DNA of 64,000 nucleotides from Candidatus Gastranaerophilales bacterium (GTDB lineage Bacteria; Cyanobacteriota; Vampirovibrionia; Gastranaerophilales; Gastranaerophilaceae): NCBI GenBank assembly GCA_017560095.1, contig JAFYOU010000025.1, positions 28,435 to 92,434 of the forward strand, read 5' to 3'. Shown piece by piece: positions 58,464 to 64,000 of this stretch (position 1 is its first letter; each line of letters starts with the position of its first letter). The notes under the pieces were generated by a model. It saw only the letters and a program-made list of their open reading frames with translations, ran no database searches and was not told where the DNA came from. The position numbers and the translations under genes were made by a program.

Positions 58464-60590
58464 ATGAAAAAAGAAATTTTTTTAAGAATAGTATTTTTAA
58501 TATTTTTTTTATTAATAACAATTTTTGCCATTGTTAGATTTTCGCCTGTAGAAACTCAATTGTTACAAGGTTTTATACGACCAGAAGGTATTAAAAACCA
58601 ACAATTGCTGAAGCTTGCAAATCTGTCTTCTTCAACGATTAATGTGATTTTTGAAGCTGATGATTATGAAGAATTGGCGCTTATAAAAGAAAAGTTTGTG
58701 GAGAATTTTGATTTTGGGAATATAAAATTTGCAGACAATGATTTTTCAAAAATATTAGAAATATACAAAAATAATCCTGAAAATTTCCTTTCAAAAAATA
58801 CAAAAAAATTACTGTCAGAGAAAAAATATTCTGAAGTTGCAAACGAAAGCCTAAAAAGATTATATAATCCTTTGGCAATATACGTTCAAACTCCTGACAT
58901 TGACCCATATTTGTTAGTAACTGATTATGTAATGTCTTTGCAAAATTCAACTTTTACTAACCGTGAAGCGGTAGAATTTGATGGAAAAATTTATTCACTT
59001 CAACAATTGGAATTGACAAATGGTAATAATGATGACGTTGAGGGTTTGTTAAATTATCAAAAACTTTTGAATAGCGACAGTGCAGGGAAAATATATCTTA
59101 CTGGGACTCCAATACATTCGGCTGTTACAAGTAAAAAATCTGCTTTTGAAATTAATATAATATGTTTAATTTCGACTTTGGCGTTGATTTTGTTGAGTAA
59201 ATTTTATTTTAGTTCTTTCAAAATTTTATTTCCAATAGTTGCAAGTATTTCGTTTGGGTTATTATTTGGATATTTGGCTTGCAATGCGATTTTTGGCGGA
59301 ATACATATTTTGACTTTTGTTTTCTCAACAACTTTGATTGGGATAAGTTTAGATTATTCTTTGCACTATTTTTTAGCAAGAGAGCATAAGGATTTTTCAA
59401 AAAATTTAACCTCATCAATGCTCACAACAGTTTTGACATTTTTGCTTTTGTTATTTTCTGGTGTGGAAATCCTAAAACAAATTGCTATTTATACAAGTTT
59501 TGGGTTAGTGGGTGTTTATTCGGTTGTAAGTTTGTTTTTCCCATATTTAAAAGGGCTTGAAATTGAAAAGAAAAATTCGATTGAATTGCCTGATTTAACA
59601 AAATATAAAAAAATAATTTTACCAGTAATAATCGGCATTATATTAGTCGGATTATGTAAAATTTCTTTTAATGATGATATCAAAAACCTTTATAACCCTT
59701 CGAAATCTTTGTTAAAGGCAGAAATTCTTTATAAAAAAGCTTTTGAAATGCCTGACGTTTCGTTTATGACAGTTAGAGGCGAAAATTATAATTCAATAAT
59801 AGCTAAAGAAGAACAAATCTCAAAAATTTTAGATGAACAAAATATTGAATATTATTCACTTTCAAAACTCTTACCATCAATTGAAACTCAAAAAGAAAAT
59901 CAAAAATTAGTTAAGGAGTTATACATTTCTAATCTAGATGAATACGCAAACTTTCTGAATAAAAATCAACGTGACAATTTGAAAAAATCAGTAAAAGATT
60001 TTGTGACAGTTGATTATGGTAGTGAAAATTCTGATATGAAAAATAAATTTTTATTAGATAAAAATACTTCATTTATGGTTGTTTTTGATGCTGATGATTT
60101 CGAATATTTACAGGATAATGATGTGAATTTAATAAGCGTGTCAAAAAATATAACAAAAGAACTAAAACATTTTAGAGGATTAGGTTTAAAGATTTTGCCT
60201 TTTATGTTTGGGGTGTTGTTTATATTGTTGATTTTTGTTTTCAAGTTTAAAAAGGCTTGCAAGATAATTCTTCCGCCGTTTTTAGGAACATGTTTTTCAA
60301 TAGCCGTGTTGAGTCTTTTTAATCAGCCGTTGAATATGTTCAATATTTTGGCAATGTTTTTGATAATGGGATTTAGTATTGATTATTCAATATTTAGAGC
60401 AAGTGGAGATAAAAACTCTAAAGATGCAGTGTTGATTTCATTTATCTCAAGTGCAATGTCATTCTCTTTGTTGTCATTTACAAGTTTTAAATTAATAAGT
60501 TCATTAGGATTAGTTTTATTTTTAGGGATTTCAATTTCGTACATTTTGAGTTTAGTGCTGATTTCAGAAGAAGAAACTGAAACTATATAA
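58464..60590 (+). CDS. MMPL/RND-superfamily exporter (ApeM-like)
   Basis: ORF track 708 aa. It has two blocks of ~6 TM helices, each preceded by a large soluble loop. Confidence 0.75.
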   Translation: MKKEIFLRIVFLIFFLLITIFAIVRFSPVETQLLQGFIRPEGIKNQQLLKLANLSSSTINVIFEADDYEELALIKEKFVENFDFGNIKFADNDFSKILEIYKNNPENFLSKNTKKLLSEKKYSEVANESLKRLYNPLAIYVQTPDIDPYLLVTDYVMSLQNSTFTNREAVEFDGKIYSLQQLELTNGNNDDVEGLLNYQKLLNSDSAGKIYLTGTPIHSAVTSKKSAFEINIICLISTLALILLSKFYFSSFKILFPIVASISFGLLFGYLACNAIFGGIHILTFVFSTTLIGISLDYSLHYFLAREHKDFSKNLTSSMLTTVLTFLLLLFSGVEILKQIAIYTSFGLVGVYSVVSLFFPYLKGLEIEKKNSIELPDLTKYKKIILPVIIGIILVGLCKISFNDDIKNLYNPSKSLLKAEILYKKAFEMPDVSFMTVRGENYNSIIAKEEQISKILDEQNIEYYSLSKLLPSIETQKENQKLVKELYISNLDEYANFLNKNQRDNLKKSVKDFVTVDYGSENSDMKNKFLLDKNTSFMVVFDADDFEYLQDNDVNLISVSKNITKELKHFRGLGLKILPFMFGVLFILLIFVFKFKKACKIILPPFLGTCFSIAVLSLFNQPLNMFNILAMFLIMGFSIDYSIFRASGDKNSKDAVLISFISSAMSFSLLSFTSFKLISSLGLVLFLGISISYILSLVLISEEETETI

Positions 60591-61018
60591 TCTTCAAACT
60601 TTAATGAAGTTAGATTTTGCGGTTTGCTTTTATACTGGGCTTCAAAACTTGTCCAATATTGGTAAAATTCAACAAGATTTTTGAAATCTTTTTTCAAATA
60701 ATTAGATAGTTTTGTAATGTTTCTGTCTTTAATTAGTTCAAAATCAAGTCCAATATCGTTTTCATCAAAAGCTACAGCCACAATGTTTTTAGAATGTGAA
60801 ATACTAAAATGAAGATTTGCATTTATAAATTGAGGTTTTTTATTGAGAACAGAAATTTCGGTATTTTTAATGCTATAAAATTTGTTGGCAACAAATTTTG
60901 TCAAAAAACGTCCCAAACTGTGTTCAATGCAACGTTTTTGCGAAGAAAATTCTGTTGTGATTGAAGATTTTTCAACTTGTTGCAAAAATTTATCAATTTT
61001 TATAAAAAAGATATTCAT
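60383..61018 (-). CDS. Sfp-type 4'-phosphopantetheinyl transferase
   Basis: ORF track 211 aa. Motifs: NKKPQF (GKP-like), FSISHS, IGLDFE and WTSFEAQYK (WxxKEAxxK). Confidence 0.75.
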   Translation of the reverse strand: MNIFFIKIDKFLQQVEKSSITTEFSSQKRCIEHSLGRFLTKFVANKFYSIKNTEISVLNKKPQFINANLHFSISHSKNIVAVAFDENDIGLDFELIKDRNITKLSNYLKKDFKNLVEFYQYWTSFEAQYKSKPQNLTSLKFEDYIVSVSSSEISTKLKMYEIEIPKNKTNPNELINLKLVNDNKENDIALEINEINTASLEFLSPLALNIE

Positions 61019-61032
61019 GCTAAAATCTTATC

Positions 61033-62100
61033 ATGAATACTGGAAATTATAGAAGAAGAAATAGAAAACATTCGACCGTACAAGCCTTGACAGAAGCTCA
61101 AAAGATAGCGTTTGCGCCTTTAACATTTCAGGCAGTTGGTTCGATGTTGGATTTAGGGATTTTAAAATCACTAGATAGTTCCCCAGCAACAGTTGCTGAA
61201 TTGATGGAAAAGTTAAATTTGTCAGAATATACGACGAGAACTTTGTTAGAGATAGGCGAAGTTTCTGATATCGTTGAAAAAGATGATGACGGAGTTTATA
61301 CGGTTACGCAGATTGGCAAATCATTCTTGTATGATGAGATGACAAGAGTGAACTTTAATTTCGTCAGAGATGTTTGTTATGTTGGTGCTAGCGAAATGAC
61401 CGCATCGTTTGTGAATGGAAGACCTGAAGGTTTGAATAAATTTTTCCAAAAGTCAGATACGATTTATCCTTTAGTGCCGTCATTGCCTAAAAAAATTAAG
61501 CAAAGTTGGTATGAATTTGACCATTTTTATTCAGATAATTGTTTTGAAATTATTTACAAAATTATTACTGAAAAATCACCGTCTAAAGTGTTTGATATCG
61601 GTGGCAATACAGGTAAATTTGAAAAAGTTTGCTTAAAAAATAATCCAAATATTGATATAACAATGCTTGACTTGCCTGAAAACATTGAGATTGTTAGCAA
61701 GGATGAAAGCTTAAAGGGTTGCAAATTCTATGCGAAAAACGTTTTGAATAATGAAAAACCTTTCCCAAAAATGACTGGTGCAATATTGATGAGCCAGTTT
61801 TTGGATTGTTTTTCAAAGGAGCAAATCCAATTTATTTTGACTAATATTTCAAAATCAATTGACGCAAAAACGAAAGTTTATATTTTAGAGCCGTTTACTG
61901 ATAACCAAGTTTTTGGTGGCGCAAGATTTTCACTAACTCATACATCGTTATATTTTACTTGTATGGCAAACGGTAATAGCAAAATGTATACAAAATCAGA
62001 AATGACAGAAATTGTAGAAAATTCAAACTTGCAGATTGTTAATGTGTACGAGAATTTAGGTCCACATGATTACACACTTTTGGAGTGTGAATTGAGATGA
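61033..62100 (+). CDS. SAM-dependent (O-)methyltransferase (ApeB-like)
   Basis: ORF track 355 aa. It has an N-terminal wHTH-like dimerisation region and a VFDIGGNTG SAM motif I. Confidence 0.8.
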   Translation: MNTGNYRRRNRKHSTVQALTEAQKIAFAPLTFQAVGSMLDLGILKSLDSSPATVAELMEKLNLSEYTTRTLLEIGEVSDIVEKDDDGVYTVTQIGKSFLYDEMTRVNFNFVRDVCYVGASEMTASFVNGRPEGLNKFFQKSDTIYPLVPSLPKKIKQSWYEFDHFYSDNCFEIIYKIITEKSPSKVFDIGGNTGKFEKVCLKNNPNIDITMLDLPENIEIVSKDESLKGCKFYAKNVLNNEKPFPKMTGAILMSQFLDCFSKEQIQFILTNISKSIDAKTKVYILEPFTDNQVFGGARFSLTHTSLYFTCMANGNSKMYTKSEMTEIVENSNLQIVNVYENLGPHDYTLLECELR

Positions 62101-63014
62101 CAAAATGGTTTGAGCAAAGGGAACAACAAGCCGGCGTAAAAAGATTAATCCTAACTTGGGAGATATATAAACGTTTTGGTGAATTTCCTGTGCGTGTGAT
62201 AGCGTTTTGCATAGCGTTTTTTGCTTATTTGGGCGGGAAACCACAACGATTAAACTCTAGAAAGTATTTTGAAATTTTATCTAATTATGCAAACGACAAA
62301 AGCCTGAAACCGTCTTTTGTAAACTCATTCAAGCATTTTCACTCTTATGCTGATAGTTTGGTTGACAAAATGTTGGCGTTTTCTGGTAATTTGCCTGTTG
62401 AAAAGTTTCAATTCGCCAACTCTGATGATAAGAACGAGATGTTTGAAGTTGTAAGAGAGGGAAAAGGTGCGTTCTTTTTGTCTTCGCATATTGGTAATGT
62501 TGAGATAATGCGCTCGTTGTTTTACGCGAAGGAATTGGATGTGAAACCAAATGTGAATGTATTTCTGCAGAAGAATAGTTGTGAGATATTTAACGGTTTT
62601 TTAGAATATATAAAAGTGGAAACAAATGTCGAAGTTTTTCCTGTTGAAGAAATTTCTGTCGATACTGCAGTAGTGATTAAAGAGAAATTAAACAAAGGTG
62701 AGATTGTCTTTATGGCTGGTGATAGGCTTTCTGCGCAGTATCCTGAATTGTATTATGAGACGGAATTGTTTGCTCATAAGGTTCAGTTCCCTCAAGGTGC
62801 GTTGAAGTTTTCTCAAATTCTTGAATGCCCGATATTTTTCGTTGTTTGTGCAAAAGAGGGTAAGAATTTCAAAATCCATTTGAAAAAGTTTGATTTTACA
62901 GGTTCTAAAAAAGAGGTGTTTAAGGTATTACAACAAGAATACAAAGACTTTTTAGAAAAAATGACCTTAAGATACCCATATCAATTTTTTAATTTTTATG
63001 AAATGTTTATGTAA
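62097..63014 (+). CDS. LpxL/HtrB-family lipid A-type acyltransferase-like protein
   Basis: ORF track 305 aa with SSHIGNVE (HxxxxE/D of the LpxL family) and an N-terminal TM. Confidence 0.65.
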   Translation: MTKWFEQREQQAGVKRLILTWEIYKRFGEFPVRVIAFCIAFFAYLGGKPQRLNSRKYFEILSNYANDKSLKPSFVNSFKHFHSYADSLVDKMLAFSGNLPVEKFQFANSDDKNEMFEVVREGKGAFFLSSHIGNVEIMRSLFYAKELDVKPNVNVFLQKNSCEIFNGFLEYIKVETNVEVFPVEEISVDTAVVIKEKLNKGEIVFMAGDRLSAQYPELYYETELFAHKVQFPQGALKFSQILECPIFFVVCAKEGKNFKIHLKKFDFTGSKKEVFKVLQQEYKDFLEKMTLRYPYQFFNFYEMFM

Positions 63015-63172
63015 TTATGCTCCTGTGTTTTTAGGGGAAATGGTTTTTGCTTCAAATCAGATTTTTTGGGGGATTTGTTAATTAATGTAAAAAAATATTT
63101 TAGCTAGCAAATTTTTATTTGATGGGTTTTAGATTAGCATAACACTCAATGTAAATTATAGAGAGAAAGGAA

Positions 63173-63631
63173 ATGTATATGAGTCTAGAATTAAACAATT
63201 CTGTTAGTTTTCAAGCTAATTTGAAAATCACTAAACCTGTTAAAAATCTTTTGAGTAAAAATATTGATACTGAAAAAGTAATAGCTGATTTTTCTGAAAG
63301 AACTAAAGGGCTTACAACAGATATGTACATACAAAGGGTAAAAGGTAACGATTATTCTGTTAAATACGAAATAAAAAGTCCTTATACGTTCAACATTAAA
63401 AGTTTTTCAACAGATACAGTCGATAATGATTCTAATTTTGTAAAAAAAATGGTTACTTTATATAAAATGTTTTTATCAAAAGAATATTATTTGAATGCAA
63501 AAGCTTTGAAAGATGAGAGTGATATGTCTTATTATATTGCAAGAATTCCAGCTTTAGCTAATAATTTTAAGGATAAAGAGTTAATCAGCGCTTCAGAAAA
63601 ACTGATAAGAGATGTTAATTATGATTTGTAA
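63173..63631 (+). CDS. Hypothetical protein (N-terminal NSVSFQAN motif)
   Basis: ORF track 152 aa with an alternative ATG at 63179. An AAAGGA RBS lies upstream. Confidence 0.55.
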   Translation: MYMSLELNNSVSFQANLKITKPVKNLLSKNIDTEKVIADFSERTKGLTTDMYIQRVKGNDYSVKYEIKSPYTFNIKSFSTDTVDNDSNFVKKMVTLYKMFLSKEYYLNAKALKDESDMSYYIARIPALANNFKDKELISASEKLIRDVNYDL

Positions 63632-63691
63632 TATTTATTAAAATGAGTTCTAAAAAACAAAAAAGACTTCCGATTAAGGAAGTCTTTTTTA

Positions 63692-63763
<72 letters not shown>

Positions 63764-63765
63764 AC

Positions 63766-64000
63766 GGTAGTTTTATTCAATTTTCAAAAGGTCTAGGCTT
63801 GCGGTAGCTGCGCTACCTTTCCTCTCCTCGGAAGATACTCAATCTTCCTCGTCGGCAGAGTGCCATAGCCCACGAAAAGTTTTATTTAATTTTCAAAGGT
63901 TCAGGCTTGCGGTAGCTGCGCTACCTTTCCTCTCCTCGGAAGATACTTAATCTTCCTCGTCGGCAGAGTGCCATAGCCCACGGTAGTTTTATTTAATTTT
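63766..64000. repeat. Tandem repeat with 108-bp period (2 full units plus the start of a third), each unit ending in a copy of the tRNA 5' end; continues beyond the window
   Basis: CCATAG(T/C)CCCAC ends at 63765 (tRNA), 63873 and 63981. The units are near-identical by eye. Confidence 0.85.

Noticed and set aside
63766-63981. 108-bp units as tRNA-Leu(GAG/AAG) genes
   Set aside because: The anticodon-arm-like hairpin is present, but there is no acceptor-stem complementarity and no T-loop (GTTCRANNC), and position 37 would be a pyrimidine.

Overview
This is a low-GC bacterial chromosome segment. By eye it is roughly 30% G+C with AT-rich codon usage. A porin, a LolA-like protein, an LpxL-like acyltransferase and an MMPL exporter suggest a diderm organism. 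I cannot assign a lineage from sequence alone.

Housekeeping genes include der, an ABC-F ATPase, a parvulin PPIase, a PLP decarboxylase, HAD and SGNH hydrolases, regulators, and three tRNAs: Ala-UGC, Ser-UGA and Met/Ile-CAU. Four accessory blocks sit among them.

1. nt ~1-7640: an integron-like array. Five copies of a ~350-bp repeat each carry a degenerate copy of the tRNA-Ala 3' end. They separate co-oriented single-function cassettes: an SDR, a structured-RNA region plus an unknown protein, RtcB, and an unknown protein plus a membrane protein. The array ends in the intact tRNA-Ala gene. No recombinase is visible in the window.

2. nt 22668-35294: one uninterrupted 4208-aa ORF. It has an EF-hand-like loop, YD-like repeats, LysM, two duplicated MtfA/M90-like HExxH modules, a kinase-like motif set, a papain-like Cys/His domain and several internal tandem repeats.

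3. nt 35289-41259: a cluster following the giant gene, with two GNAT paralogs, an S8 protease, a ~780-aa unknown protein and an HExxH protein. Several of these, plus small proteins elsewhere in the window, share a short N-terminal motif.

4. nt 50118-63014: a complete aryl-polyene (APE)-type type II PKS/FAS-like gene cluster.

All three tRNA loci are flanked by partial copies of themselves. Two loci carry REP-like palindromic repeats.

All domain calls come from motif reading by eye. No database search was possible.
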